In this document: one piece after another, positions 27,034-36,643 of the stretch
Position numbering within the stretch: the first letter of the stretch is position 1
How the letters are laid out: each line of letters opens with the position of its first letter
Origin: Bacteroidales bacterium
Lineage (GTDB): Bacteria; Bacteroidota; Bacteroidia; Bacteroidales; VadinHA17
NCBI GenBank assembly: GCA_020201035.1
Contig: JAIVHO010000032.1
Location: 47,763 to 111,762 of the forward strand
Direction of reading: 5' to 3'
Length of the DNA: 64,000 bases
Notes under the pieces: model-generated
The model's input: the letters and a program-made list of their open reading frames with translations, nothing else
The model's database searches: none
What the model was told of the DNA's origin: nothing
Translations under genes and position numbers: made by a program

Positions 27034-28044
27034 CTATACCTCCCAGGTTGATCCGCTCATCAGCAGGTCATCCATACATTTAATCCCTGATGTCTGCTGA
27101 ATCTTTTTTATCTGGCCGATAAGTGCCATATCATAGGTAGGTGCATTTACAGACCGTATAACACCCAGTGCCACAGGATAGGCCGGATATCTCATATTAA
27201 CCAGCAGGGAGTGTAACCCGGGGGTATTCTCACCGGCATCATGCACAAGCAGATCCTTCTCACTTATTCCGTTACCAAGAGTAACAACCTTCAGCTTGAG
27301 TCCTTGAAGCATAAGTCCCATGTCCCTGTTGCGTCCGAAAATCATCGGTTCACCATCTTTCAGCATAATGGTACGGTCGTCACGAAACTCCCGGTCATTA
27401 AGTGCGGCGTGTATACCGTCATTAAATATCACGCAATTCTGAAGTATCTCAACCACTGATGTTCCCTCATGGCGGGCAGCCGCCTTGTATATCTCGGTTG
27501 ACAGCTGAACGTTTGAGTCTATTGTACGGGCAAAGAATTTACCCTGTGCTCCTATCACCAGTTCACCGGGGTGAAAAGGCTCCTCCACTGTTCCGAAAGG
27601 AGAGGTTTTGGTAACCGATCCCTTAACCGAGGTGGGAGAATACTGACCTTTGGTAAGGCCATATATCTCGTTGTTAAACAACAGAATATTTATATCTATA
27701 TTACGGCGGATAACGTGAATAAAATGGTTACCCCCGATAGCCAGTGCATCTCCGTCACCTGTTACCTCCCACACACTCAGATCAGGGTTAGCCACCTTCA
27801 CACCGGAGGCAATAGCTGCGGCACGACCATGGATTCCGTGAAACCCGTAGGTGTTCATATAGTATGGGAAGCGTGATGAACACCCTATCCCTGAAATGAA
27901 GGCAAACTTCTCTTTCGGAATATCCAGTTCCGCGAGAGCTTTTGTTACTGAACTTAGTACCGCATGGTCACCGCAACCAGGGCACCATCTCACCTCCTGG
28001 TCACTTTTAAAATCCTTCGGACTGTATTTTGGTATATCTGTCAT
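27034..28044 (-). CDS. korB: 2-oxoglutarate/2-oxoacid:ferredoxin oxidoreductase beta subunit
   Basis: WCPGCGDH and GIGCSSR TPP-binding motifs and GDGD.L.IGGNH. The start is taken at MTDIPKY, 2 nt after the korA stop. The ORF is open to 28071. Confidence 0.9.
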   Translation of the reverse strand: MTDIPKYSPKDFKSDQEVRWCPGCGDHAVLSSVTKALAELDIPKEKFAFISGIGCSSRFPYYMNTYGFHGIHGRAAAIASGVKVANPDLSVWEVTGDGDALAIGGNHFIHVIRRNIDINILLFNNEIYGLTKGQYSPTSVKGSVTKTSPFGTVEEPFHPGELVIGAQGKFFARTIDSNVQLSTEIYKAAARHEGTSVVEILQNCVIFNDGIHAALNDREFRDDRTIMLKDGEPMIFGRNRDMGLMLQGLKLKVVTLGNGISEKDLLVHDAGENTPGLHSLLVNMRYPAYPVALGVIRSVNAPTYDMALIGQIKKIQQTSGIKCMDDLLMSGSTWEV

Positions 28045-28046
28045 AA

Positions 28047-29888
28047 TCAGGCCTCCAATATCGTTTTGCATTTTTCCTTAATCTCCATTATTGTAAAGGG
28101 CAGACCCTGGACCTTATTTATCTGCTTAAACTCTGTCTTTCCAAAGTTCATCCTCAGATAATTCACAAACTGTCCTGAGTTCAGCTCAGCCACAACCACT
28201 TTCCTGAACCTGCCAAGCACTTCTGCTGTATTGGCCGGTAAAGGATTAATATAGTTAAAGTGTGCCAGTGACACATTCATCCCCTCTTCCCGCATCTCCC
28301 TTGTTGCAGTAAGCAGGTGACCGTATGTACCACCCCATCCAACAAGCAGCAGTTCACCTTCATCATCACCGTACAACTCAAGAGGTGGTACTTTTGCAAC
28401 CACTCCGGCAACCTTCTCACTTCTTACCAGTGTCATGTGCTCATGGTTCTCAGGAATATAGCTCACCGTACCCCGGATGGTCTTCTCGAGTCCGCCAATC
28501 CGGTGTTCGAGTCCGGGCGTACCCGGAATAGCCCATTTACGGTTTAGCAACTTCTCATCCCTTTCATATGGCAGGTACTCTCCATCAGCCTCCTTTGCAA
28601 TCGGCGGGTTTATGGCAGGCATCTCGCTCATTGAGGGTATGCGCCATGGTTCGGTTCCGTTTGCAAGGAATCCGTCTGTAAGAAGTATCACCGGCACCAT
28701 ATGTTCCAGTGCTATGCGGGCCGACTCAAAGGCGAACCTAAAACAGTCAGAGGGTGTGCTTGCAGCGATTATTACAACCGGACTCTCGCCATTGCGGCCG
28801 TAGAGTGCCTGCATCAGGTCAGACTGCTCAGTCTTGGTTGGCAGACCGGTAGAGGGACCTCCTCTCTGTACGTTTACTATTACTATGGGCAGTTCAGTCA
28901 TTACAGCCAGACCGATAGCCTCTGATTTAAGAGCCAGGCCTGGTCCTGAGGTAGAAGTTACTGCCAGACTGCCTGCAAAGCTTGCGCCTATTGAGGTACA
29001 TATTCCTGCTATCTCATCCTCTGCCTGAAAACTCTTAACACCAAGGTCCTTCCTGGCAGCCAGCTCTTCCAGTACGCCTGTTGCGGGAGTAATGGGATAT
29101 GACCCGATAAACAGTTCAAGTCCGGCCTTCTCTGCAGCGGCAAGAAGTCCCCAGGCTGTTGCCTGATTACCGTTTATGTTACGGTATGTGCCCTTTGGTA
29201 TCTCGGCAGGGCCCACCCGGTACGTAGGAGTAAGTGCCTCTATTGTTTCGCCATAGTTATATCCTGCCCTGAGAATAATCTTATTAGCCTCAATAATATT
29301 GGGACGCTTACTGAACTTGGTCTCAAAATACTCCTCTGTGTACTTAAGATCACGGTCAAACAACCAGTAGACCATTCCCAGCGCAAACATATTCTTGGTA
29401 CGCAAGATGGTCTTGGGGTCAAGTTCATAATCCTTCAGAGCTTCTTTAACGAGTGTAGTTATGGGTGCAGCAATAATATTTACATCATCAAGCCCGTCCT
29501 CTTTTATGGGATCCTCCCTGTAGCCGGCCTTTTCGATATTTTTTGTATTGAAATTATCGAGATCATAAATTATTGTAGCCCCCTTTTTCAGAGTTTTTGA
29601 GTTAGCCTTTATAGCAGCCGGATTCATGGCAACAAGCACATCAGCAAAATCCCCGGGGGTATTAACCTCTGCATGACCAACATGCACCTGAAATCCTGAC
29701 ACGCCTCCTACTGTTCCCTGCGGGGCCCTTATCTCGGCCGGATAATCAGGAAATGTTGAAAGCGTGTTCCCGAAAAGAGCGGAGGCATTGGAGAAAAGAG
29801 TTCCCGTCAGCTGCATCCCGTCGCCGGAATCACCCGAGAACCGGATAACAACCTCATCCCTTTCGATAACACGATCGTTTTTACTCAT
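28047..29888 (-). CDS. korA: 2-oxoglutarate/2-oxoacid:ferredoxin oxidoreductase alpha subunit
   Basis: 613 aa. IRFSGDSGDGMQLTG, the pyruvate-ferredoxin oxidoreductase gamma-like domain and the core domain (YPITPAT). Confidence 0.9.
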   Translation of the reverse strand: MSKNDRVIERDEVVIRFSGDSGDGMQLTGTLFSNASALFGNTLSTFPDYPAEIRAPQGTVGGVSGFQVHVGHAEVNTPGDFADVLVAMNPAAIKANSKTLKKGATIIYDLDNFNTKNIEKAGYREDPIKEDGLDDVNIIAAPITTLVKEALKDYELDPKTILRTKNMFALGMVYWLFDRDLKYTEEYFETKFSKRPNIIEANKIILRAGYNYGETIEALTPTYRVGPAEIPKGTYRNINGNQATAWGLLAAAEKAGLELFIGSYPITPATGVLEELAARKDLGVKSFQAEDEIAGICTSIGASFAGSLAVTSTSGPGLALKSEAIGLAVMTELPIVIVNVQRGGPSTGLPTKTEQSDLMQALYGRNGESPVVIIAASTPSDCFRFAFESARIALEHMVPVILLTDGFLANGTEPWRIPSMSEMPAINPPIAKEADGEYLPYERDEKLLNRKWAIPGTPGLEHRIGGLEKTIRGTVSYIPENHEHMTLVRSEKVAGVVAKVPPLELYGDDEGELLLVGWGGTYGHLLTATREMREEGMNVSLAHFNYINPLPANTAEVLGRFRKVVVAELNSGQFVNYLRMNFGKTEFKQINKVQGLPFTIMEIKEKCKTILEA

Positions 29889-29956
29889 GATTTATATTAT
29901 TTGATTTAATTCTAAGAATCTTAAACATATTGAAATGAAACAGAGAGTCGTGTCGG

Positions 29957-29973
29957 ACAGGCCCAGGGCCTGT
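29957..29973. promoter_or_regulatory. 17-bp perfect palindrome upstream of korA (candidate operator)
   Basis: ACAGGCCC-A-GGGCCTGT lies about 70-85 nt upstream of the korA ATG, in an otherwise AT-rich spacer. Confidence 0.35.
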
Positions 29974-30227
29974 AATTATCTGATTTTGTGCAGGATCATC
30001 CATATCAAAATATCTCCCTTAAAAATAAATGCATAAGGAGACAGAGCTATTCCCAGATGCATTTTACGGATCTACTATACAAGAAAAGGTGTGTTCTGTC
30101 GTCTGAATGAATCATATTTAACAGTTACAAAAGTAAACAAATTCGATTGTGAAAAATCAAACTTTTTATCATTTTTTATATATGACTTTGGTCATACTTT
30201 TTCACTTTATTGACAGGGGCAAATTTA

Positions 30228-30235
30228 CTATATTT
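30228..30235 (+). promoter_or_regulatory. -7 promoter box TATATTTG upstream of the gamma-CA remnant
   Basis: ...TTTACTATATTTGGAAAAATAGAATTATG; the box lies about 15 nt before the ATG at 30250. Confidence 0.35.
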
Positions 30236-30249
30236 GGAAAAATAGAATT

Positions 30250-30501
30250 ATGGCTATAATCAATAGTGTCAAGGGTTTTACTCCCCGGTTTGGGCAGGGA
30301 TGCTTTTTCGCTGAAAATACAGTAATTACCGGTGATGTTACAGCAGGTGACGGGTGTAGTTTCTGGTATGGTTCTGTTATACGGGGTGATGTGAACACCA
30401 TTACCATTGGCAACCGTGTAAATATCCAGGACGGAGCAGTAGTGCACTGCAACTACCGCGATGCTAAGGATGATAACGGTAAAAAGGATAATAACGGGTA
30501 A
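30250..30501 (+). pseudogene. Truncated gamma-class carbonic anhydrase / hexapeptide-repeat (YrdA/PaaY-like) gene remnant
   Basis: The first ~66 aa (FAENTVITGDVTAGDGCSFWYGSVIRGDVNTITIGNRVNIQDGAVVHC) are a good LbH gamma-CA N-half. The ORF then ends after 16 unrelated residues (NYRDAKDDNGKKDNNG) and abuts the murI stop. Family members as I recall them are roughly 170 aa. Confidence 0.6.
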
Positions 30502-30502
30502 T

Positions 30503-31312
30503 TCAGGACCAGATAGCAGCTTTTTCAAGGTTGATATCCGACTCAAAAAACATTCTTGCTATCCTGGAAAAGTAAGGGGTATAGTCTGAGACGTAGAATA
30601 TATCGTCCGGATTGCCGTTTCGGTTTGCCAGTCCACGTTCTTCAAGCTCCCGTTTAAGCGCCAGAGCCACAATACGTGCCGAGTCAATAACCTCCAGATT
30701 AAAATTGAAGATTCTGGCTATCTGTTGCCTTATAATGGGATAATGGGTGCATCCCAGCACCATTGCTTCAATGGTATCAAACTGTGGCCCGGAAAGGTAA
30801 GCCCTTAGTATTGCATTTGAGACATCATCAAAAATAAAACCCTCCTCTATCATAGGCACAAAAAGGGGTGTTGCCATTGAAACCACTTTTGTTGAAGGAG
30901 ATTTTTCACTGAATCTCTTTTCATAGGTTCCTGAAGTTATTGTACGGTTGGTACCTATCACCCCAACTTTGGAATATTTCCCGGCAGCCACATAATCAAC
31001 TACAGGTTCAATAACATCCATAAGGAAAATAGTATCACCGAACTCTTCTTTGAGAAGAGGAAAGGCAGAGGCTGAAGCAGAGTTACATGCAATAAGCACC
31101 ATCTTGGCTCCCTTATCAATAAGGAATGATGTTATCCGCCTGCTGTAGGAGATAATTGATTCTGCCGACTTGTCTCCATAAGGCAGGTGGGCGGTATCCC
31201 CGAAATATATCAGGCTCTCCGATGGCATTAACTGTCTTATTGCATGAGCTACCGTGAGTCCGCCCACCCCTGAATCGAACAGGCCTATCGCTCTTTTATC
31301 ATCTCTCTCCAT
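30503..31312 (-). CDS. murI: Glutamate racemase
   Basis: GLFDSGVGGLTV, IACNSASA and GCTHYP catalytic Cys motifs. Confidence 0.9.
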   Translation of the reverse strand: MERDDKRAIGLFDSGVGGLTVAHAIRQLMPSESLIYFGDTAHLPYGDKSAESIISYSRRITSFLIDKGAKMVLIACNSASASAFPLLKEEFGDTIFLMDVIEPVVDYVAAGKYSKVGVIGTNRTITSGTYEKRFSEKSPSTKVVSMATPLFVPMIEEGFIFDDVSNAILRAYLSGPQFDTIEAMVLGCTHYPIIRQQIARIFNFNLEVIDSARIVALALKRELEERGLANRNGNPDDIFYVSDYTPYFSRIARMFFESDINLEKAAIWS

Positions 31313-31314
31313 AC

Positions 31315-31341
31315 GAAAAAAACCACCCGTTAAGGGTGGTC
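31315..31341 (-). terminator. Intrinsic terminator-like hairpin after ompH, directly abutting the murI start codon
   Basis: The minus strand reads ACCACCC-TTAAC-GGGTGGT followed by T8, then CGT-ATG (murI). Confidence 0.65.
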
Positions 31342-31362
31342 ATTTATTTATATTTCAGATAG

Positions 31363-31881
31363 TTACTCTATACCCAGCTTGGTCTTCACCAGTGGGAGCA
31401 CATTAATGCTGGTTGTTTCGTCAAAATAGATTATTGGTCCGCGGGCCATATCAAAGATATAGGTAAACCCATTCTCTCTGCCTACCTCTTTAATGGCCTT
31501 CTCTGCCTTATTCAGAACAGGCTCAATAAGTGTTGCCTGCTCCTGCTGCAGCTCCTGATCAGCTCTCTGGTTAAAGTTGGTAATTCTCTCCTGCAGCGCT
31601 GACAGCTCTTCCTCCTTGGTCTGACGCACCAGGTTGGTCAGCGTCTCCATGTTCTGAACGTAATCATTGTATTTATTATTGAACTCAACCTGCATGATCT
31701 CTGCCGTGTTCTGGAGCTCAGTCTGCTTTGCCTGCAGCTTCTGCATTATGGTGTCACGCTCAGGCATCAACTGAAAAAGTTCATCAGAATTGATATGTCC
31801 GAATTTCAGGTTTTGTGCCATAGCGGTAAAACCGGTACCCATAAGCAGGGTCATTAACAGCACGCCAAATACTTTTTTCAT
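31363..31881 (-). CDS. OmpH/Skp-family chaperone
   Basis: Signal peptide MKKVFGVLLMTLLMGTGFTAMA, a coiled coil and C-terminal GFTYIFD. The start is taken at the internal Met. Confidence 0.8.
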   Translation of the reverse strand: MKKVFGVLLMTLLMGTGFTAMAQNLKFGHINSDELFQLMPERDTIMQKLQAKQTELQNTAEIMQVEFNNKYNDYVQNMETLTNLVRQTKEEELSALQERITNFNQRADQELQQEQATLIEPVLNKAEKAIKEVGRENGFTYIFDMARGPIIYFDETTSINVLPLVKTKLGIE

Positions 31882-31924
31882 TATCTTCTCTTTTTTGTTT
31901 AAAAAATTGTGCAAATGTAATTAA

Positions 31925-32440
31925 TTAATTCTTATAACCCAGTTTCTGAAGCACCTCATCACTGATATCATATCTCGGGTTTGTATAGATCATATTCATA
32001 CCGGAGGCGGTATCAAAGATGACTGCATAAGCACCCTCTACCGCTATCTCCTTTATAGCATTATAGATATCATCCTGGAGAGGCTTTATCAGTTCTTCCC
32101 TCTTTTTAAAGAGTTCGCCTTCAACTCCAAAATAGGTGTTCTGAAGCTCCTTGGCCTCCCTTTCGCGGTTGATTATATCCTCTTCCCTCTTCACCTTGGC
32201 CTCCCTTGAAAGGAGAACCACATCATTCTGGTAGTCCCGGTACATCTGTTCCACCTCTTCATACAAGGCGGCAATCTCAGACTCCCAACTCTGGGAGAGG
32301 TCATCCAGCTGCTGCTGAGCAGCTGAATATGAAGGTATATTATTCAGAATATACTCGGTATCTACGTAAGCATACTTCTGTGCAAAGGCTGAGCCTGTTG
32401 CAAGGAGTACTGTCATGAGTAATAAAACTGTCCTTTTCAT
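31925..32440 (-). CDS. OmpH/Skp-family chaperone
   Basis: Signal peptide, then AQKYAYVDTEYIL, a coiled coil and YAVIFD. Confidence 0.8.
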   Translation of the reverse strand: MKRTVLLLMTVLLATGSAFAQKYAYVDTEYILNNIPSYSAAQQQLDDLSQSWESEIAALYEEVEQMYRDYQNDVVLLSREAKVKREEDIINREREAKELQNTYFGVEGELFKKREELIKPLQDDIYNAIKEIAVEGAYAVIFDTASGMNMIYTNPRYDISDEVLQKLGYKN

Positions 32441-32455
32441 TTTTTATCAATTTAA

Positions 32456-34987
32456 TTAAAACTGTTGTCCCATCACAAAATGGAACTGGTGTCCGTTAGC
32501 ATCGGGCCGTCCGGGAACAGCATCAAAGCCATACCCCCAGTCAATACCCAGAAGTCCGAACATTGGCAGGTTGGCACGAATACCAATACCTGCTGACCTG
32601 TTCATCTTAAAGGGGTTGTAGTCCTTAAGCTCATACCATGAGTTACCTGCCTCCAGAAACATCAGTCCATATATTGTGGCCTGAGGATTCAGGGAGAAGG
32701 GGTATCTAAGCTCAAAGGTGAGCTTTGAATATACATTACCTGACGGCACATTATCAATAAGCGGGGTCAGTGAGCCATTCTCATAACCCCTTAAGGCAAT
32801 TACATCGCGTCCATAGAAGCTGTATCCTGTCATACCATCACCGCCAAGGTAGAAGTTCTCAAAAGGTGAGGGGCCAATATCCTTGTTATAGTGACCCAGG
32901 TATCCGAATGCGACCCTGGTGTTAAATACAAACTTTGACTGTTCAAATACTCTGTAGTAATACTCCCCTTTGAATTCCCATTTATGAAACTCAATCCATT
33001 TATACTTCTCCTGATCTGAGACATCGCTGAAATCATTGCCCGAAATAACGGAGTATGGCGGAGTTGCCTGGAGTGAGATATTGAATGTGGACCCTCCCAT
33101 AGGATAAATAAGATTTGGCCCGGCCGAAAAACGGGTCAACCGGGTTGTAAGCGACAGCAGGTTTGAGTTTCCGTTCTTAAAGAGGAAGGAGTATACGTTA
33201 TAGTTTGTAAGACTGTATCTCTGATAGCTTACCTCGGTAAAGAGTGAGAAATAGTCATCAGGCCATTCAAGTCTTTTTCCCAGTCCTATTGAGGCTCCAT
33301 CAATAATCATCGACTGCCTGCCATCCTCATCCACCTTACGACCGTTGGTCATCAGTGAGCGGTAGAGCGATACGGAGAAGGTGTTGGGTTTTGTTCCACC
33401 CAGCCACGGCTCCATAAAGGAGAGGTTATATGACTGATATACCCGGCCGTTTGACTGTGCCCTTATGCTAAGTGACTGACCGTCACCTGAAGGGTATGGT
33501 CTCCATTCACTTCCCTTGAAGAAGTTCTTCATGGCAAAGTTATTGAATCTGACACCAATAGTCCCGACAAGCATTCCTGCTCCCCATCCCCCGGATATCT
33601 CAAACTGGTCATTTGCCTTCTCTTCGAGGTTATACTCCAGATCAACAGTTCCCTCCATAGGGTTCTGAAGAGGGATGGGGTTTATCTTCTCAGGGTCAAA
33701 ATGACCAAGTACGGCTATCTGGCGTGCTGAACGCATTATCTTATCCTTACTGAAAAGGTCACCCGGAAGGGTATATAGCTCACGTCTGACAACATGCTCG
33801 TTGGTACGGGTATTTCCCCTGATTATTACGTTATTCAGGTTTGCCTGTTCACCTTCAAATATGCGCACCTCAATATCTACTGAGTCACCATCAATGGCTG
33901 TTATAACAGGCGTCATATCAGAAAAGAGATATCCGTTATCAAGGTAGAGGGAACTGACAGCATCCTCATCAATCCTTATTCTCTCCTCAAGCAGTGTGGT
34001 ATTGAATATATCACCCTTCTCAATATTAAGCACCTGCGAAAGGAATTCTTTGGGATAGATACTGTTTCCGGTCCAGGTGATATCCCTGAAGTAGTACTGA
34101 ATACCCTCTTCCAGTTCCAGTTCCATAACCACACGGTCCTCCTCAACTGGATACACGGTATCATTCAGAATCTCAAAATCACGGTATCCGGTTTCGTTAT
34201 AGAATGTCACAAGGCTTTTTTTATCCTCGGCATACTTATCCTCAATATATTTTGAACTCTTGAAAAAATTCAGGTTTCGTTTTTTGGTATTCTTCATTTC
34301 GCGCCGGAGCCGTCTGTCACTAAACTGTTCATTTCCATGAAACAGGATATCACTAATCTTAACCCTGTCATTCTTATCAATGTGGATATTCAGCATAATG
34401 CTGTTCGGGCTATCAGGGTCGTCCTTCTGAACAATTCTGACAACAGTATTAAGAAACCCTTTCTCAACAAAATACTCCTCTATAATTCTTTTTGTTTTAC
34501 TCACCACATGGTCGGTGACCTGCGATCCGGCAAGCAGGTTTACCTTTTCCGTAATATCATCGGTCTCGGACTTCTTGGTACCATAGTAGTTGACTGATGA
34601 TATTCTTGGCCTTTCTCCAAGGAATATATCCAAAAAAAGTGTATCAGCCCTTCGTTCCGTTACTGTGATCCTTATATCCGAAAAGAGCCCCTGAGACCAA
34701 AGCTTTTCAACTGCCTGGGTTATTGACTCACCCGGGACGGATATCCGGCTGTATTTTCTGAGTCCTGATATACCTACTATAGCATTCGGGTCCAGAAACC
34801 TCACCCCTGAAACGGTAATATCTCCAATAACATATTCATCGGGATAGGAGTAGTCAATAACAGGCACTCTTTCCTGGCCTTTCAGCAGGGCACCAGGTGC
34901 TGACAATAAGATTATTACGAGCAGCTTAAGTAAGATTTTAGTAGTATTATCCTTCCCCATCATGAATCTGTTCACTAGTTTTTCCAA
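32456..34987 (-). CDS. bamA: Outer membrane protein assembly factor BamA
   Basis: 843 aa. POTRA repeats are followed by the Omp85 barrel, ending ...FHFVMGQQF. The start may be an internal Met (34963/34960). It overlaps the uppS 3' end. Confidence 0.9.
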   Translation of the reverse strand: MEKLVNRFMMGKDNTTKILLKLLVIILLSAPGALLKGQERVPVIDYSYPDEYVIGDITVSGVRFLDPNAIVGISGLRKYSRISVPGESITQAVEKLWSQGLFSDIRITVTERRADTLFLDIFLGERPRISSVNYYGTKKSETDDITEKVNLLAGSQVTDHVVSKTKRIIEEYFVEKGFLNTVVRIVQKDDPDSPNSIMLNIHIDKNDRVKISDILFHGNEQFSDRRLRREMKNTKKRNLNFFKSSKYIEDKYAEDKKSLVTFYNETGYRDFEILNDTVYPVEEDRVVMELELEEGIQYYFRDITWTGNSIYPKEFLSQVLNIEKGDIFNTTLLEERIRIDEDAVSSLYLDNGYLFSDMTPVITAIDGDSVDIEVRIFEGEQANLNNVIIRGNTRTNEHVVRRELYTLPGDLFSKDKIMRSARQIAVLGHFDPEKINPIPLQNPMEGTVDLEYNLEEKANDQFEISGGWGAGMLVGTIGVRFNNFAMKNFFKGSEWRPYPSGDGQSLSIRAQSNGRVYQSYNLSFMEPWLGGTKPNTFSVSLYRSLMTNGRKVDEDGRQSMIIDGASIGLGKRLEWPDDYFSLFTEVSYQRYSLTNYNVYSFLFKNGNSNLLSLTTRLTRFSAGPNLIYPMGGSTFNISLQATPPYSVISGNDFSDVSDQEKYKWIEFHKWEFKGEYYYRVFEQSKFVFNTRVAFGYLGHYNKDIGPSPFENFYLGGDGMTGYSFYGRDVIALRGYENGSLTPLIDNVPSGNVYSKLTFELRYPFSLNPQATIYGLMFLEAGNSWYELKDYNPFKMNRSAGIGIRANLPMFGLLGIDWGYGFDAVPGRPDANGHQFHFVMGQQF

Positions 34988-35699
34988 AACGTCTCTCTCT
35001 TTTTTGATATTCTATAATTGCCCTGTACAAATCCTCCTTACCAAAATCAGGCCAAAGTGTTTCAGTAAAGTAAAACTCAGCATAAGCTATCTGCCAGAGC
35101 AGAAAATTACTTATTCTCAACTCCCCGGATGTTCTCACAACAAGTTCAGGATCCGGGACACCTGCTGTAGTCAGGTGACTCTCAAACTGATCCTTATCGA
35201 TATCGGATGGATCAAGCAAACCCTTTCTTACCATTTCCGCCAGCTCCCTTGCAGCATTCAGTATCTCCCATCTGGATGAGTAACTGAGTGCCACTGTCAC
35301 TATCATTCCGGTACAAACCGATGTTCTGACAAGGGTTGCATCAAGGCTTTTCCTTACCCTGGGTGAGAGTCTCTCAATATCCCCGATAACTTTTAAAACT
35401 ATATTGTTCTTTATCAGAGTCTCGCACTCATTATTAAGGGAGTCAACCATAATCTCCATCAGGGCTTCCACCTCTTCCCACGGCCTGTTCCAGTTCTCTG
35501 TTGAGAATGCATAGAGGGTAAGGTACTTTACTCCTATCTCAGCGGCACCCTCTATCACCTGACGAACCGACTCCACCCCCTGCCTGTGCCCGAAAATACG
35601 GTCAGCACCACGCTGGATAGCCCAGCGCCCGTTACCGTCCATTATTACAGCTATGTGGACAGGCAGTCTGTCATGATTAATGGTATCCCTGAGTGACAT
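34947..35699 (-). CDS. uppS: Isoprenyl transferase (undecaprenyl-diphosphate synthase)
   Basis: HIAVIMDGNGRWA, FSTENW.RP and RTSGE.R.SNFLLWQ motifs. Confidence 0.9.
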   Translation of the reverse strand: MSLRDTINHDRLPVHIAVIMDGNGRWAIQRGADRIFGHRQGVESVRQVIEGAAEIGVKYLTLYAFSTENWNRPWEEVEALMEIMVDSLNNECETLIKNNIVLKVIGDIERLSPRVRKSLDATLVRTSVCTGMIVTVALSYSSRWEILNAARELAEMVRKGLLDPSDIDKDQFESHLTTAGVPDPELVVRTSGELRISNFLLWQIAYAEFYFTETLWPDFGKEDLYRAIIEYQKRERRFGKTSEQIHDGEG

Positions 35700-35710
35700 C
35701 TGTACTCCGT

Positions 35711-36400
35711 TTATCTTCTGCCCCGTTTATCTTCAAAATCGCCGTAGGCTGGACAGCTGGTAAGCCTGTTGAACATCTTCCAGGTAAATGTTACACCGGA
35801 AAAGACATACCAGTCGTTATTATGTGCCCATGAGCTATGATCGGGGTCTATATTATCAATTAAGCCGTCAAAGTTATCATAAAATGTCTTACGAAAACCA
35901 TATTCAACCTCCAATCCCATGTTTTTGCGTATATTATACTTAAACCCAACGGATAACGGAATAACGGGCACATATGTTAGTTCTGTGGAGTTGACAAACG
36001 TGATTCCTGCACCGGCTGCAATATATGGGGTGTAGTCGCCCCATCTGCCTCCGGTATTGTAAGGCAGAAAATTAAATTCAAACTGAACCGCCCACTCGAA
36101 AACTGAACCTGAGAATGAATGTCCCCTTGCCTGCTGGTACTCATTGCTGAAATCCAGATCATCACCTCTGATTCCTCCATATGTAAGACTTCCCTTGAAG
36201 GAGTGGCGGGGATGCAGGTTATACCTGTAAATAATACCGGCTGCAGGAAGAGGTGAATAGAAGGGCAGGGAGGAATTAATATCACCAACGTAGTATGACA
36301 CACCACCAAAAACCCCGTAATCAGCATTCACCTGTGCTGATGAAGGAGATGCTGCAAAAAGCAGGAAGAGAATAGAGAGCCAGCTGTAACTTTTTTTCAT
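35711..36400 (-). CDS. Outer-membrane beta-barrel protein (DUF6089-like)
   Basis: Signal peptide (..FAASPSSAQ), alternating aromatic/Gly beta-strand pattern, and the conserved position next to uppS. Confidence 0.55.
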   Translation of the reverse strand: MKKSYSWLSILFLLFAASPSSAQVNADYGVFGGVSYYVGDINSSLPFYSPLPAAGIIYRYNLHPRHSFKGSLTYGGIRGDDLDFSNEYQQARGHSFSGSVFEWAVQFEFNFLPYNTGGRWGDYTPYIAAGAGITFVNSTELTYVPVIPLSVGFKYNIRKNMGLEVEYGFRKTFYDNFDGLIDNIDPDHSSWAHNNDWYVFSGVTFTWKMFNRLTSCPAYGDFEDKRGRR

Positions 36401-36643
36401 TTATATTATCTGTTCCGGTTCTGTTGTTATCTGTTGGCTATCCTAATCCCTGTATTTCAGCTTATGATTATGATGCACACCCATAAAAAAATAAACGTAT
36501 TCTCTGATTGAATATTATATCAGTACCTCTCTCCGCGCTATCTGACTCCTGAGCCTTCTGACCTCTCATCGGTCTCACTTATTGAGTGATGCAAATATAA
36601 CAATGTGCGGAAAAATAAACCATAAAATTAGCTTAAAATAAAG

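Noticed and set aside
30202-30546. 114-aa minus-strand ORF antisense to the gamma-CA remnant, overlapping the murI 3' end.
   Set aside because: It overlaps murI in another frame and mirrors the hexapeptide-repeat gene. It has no supporting motifs.
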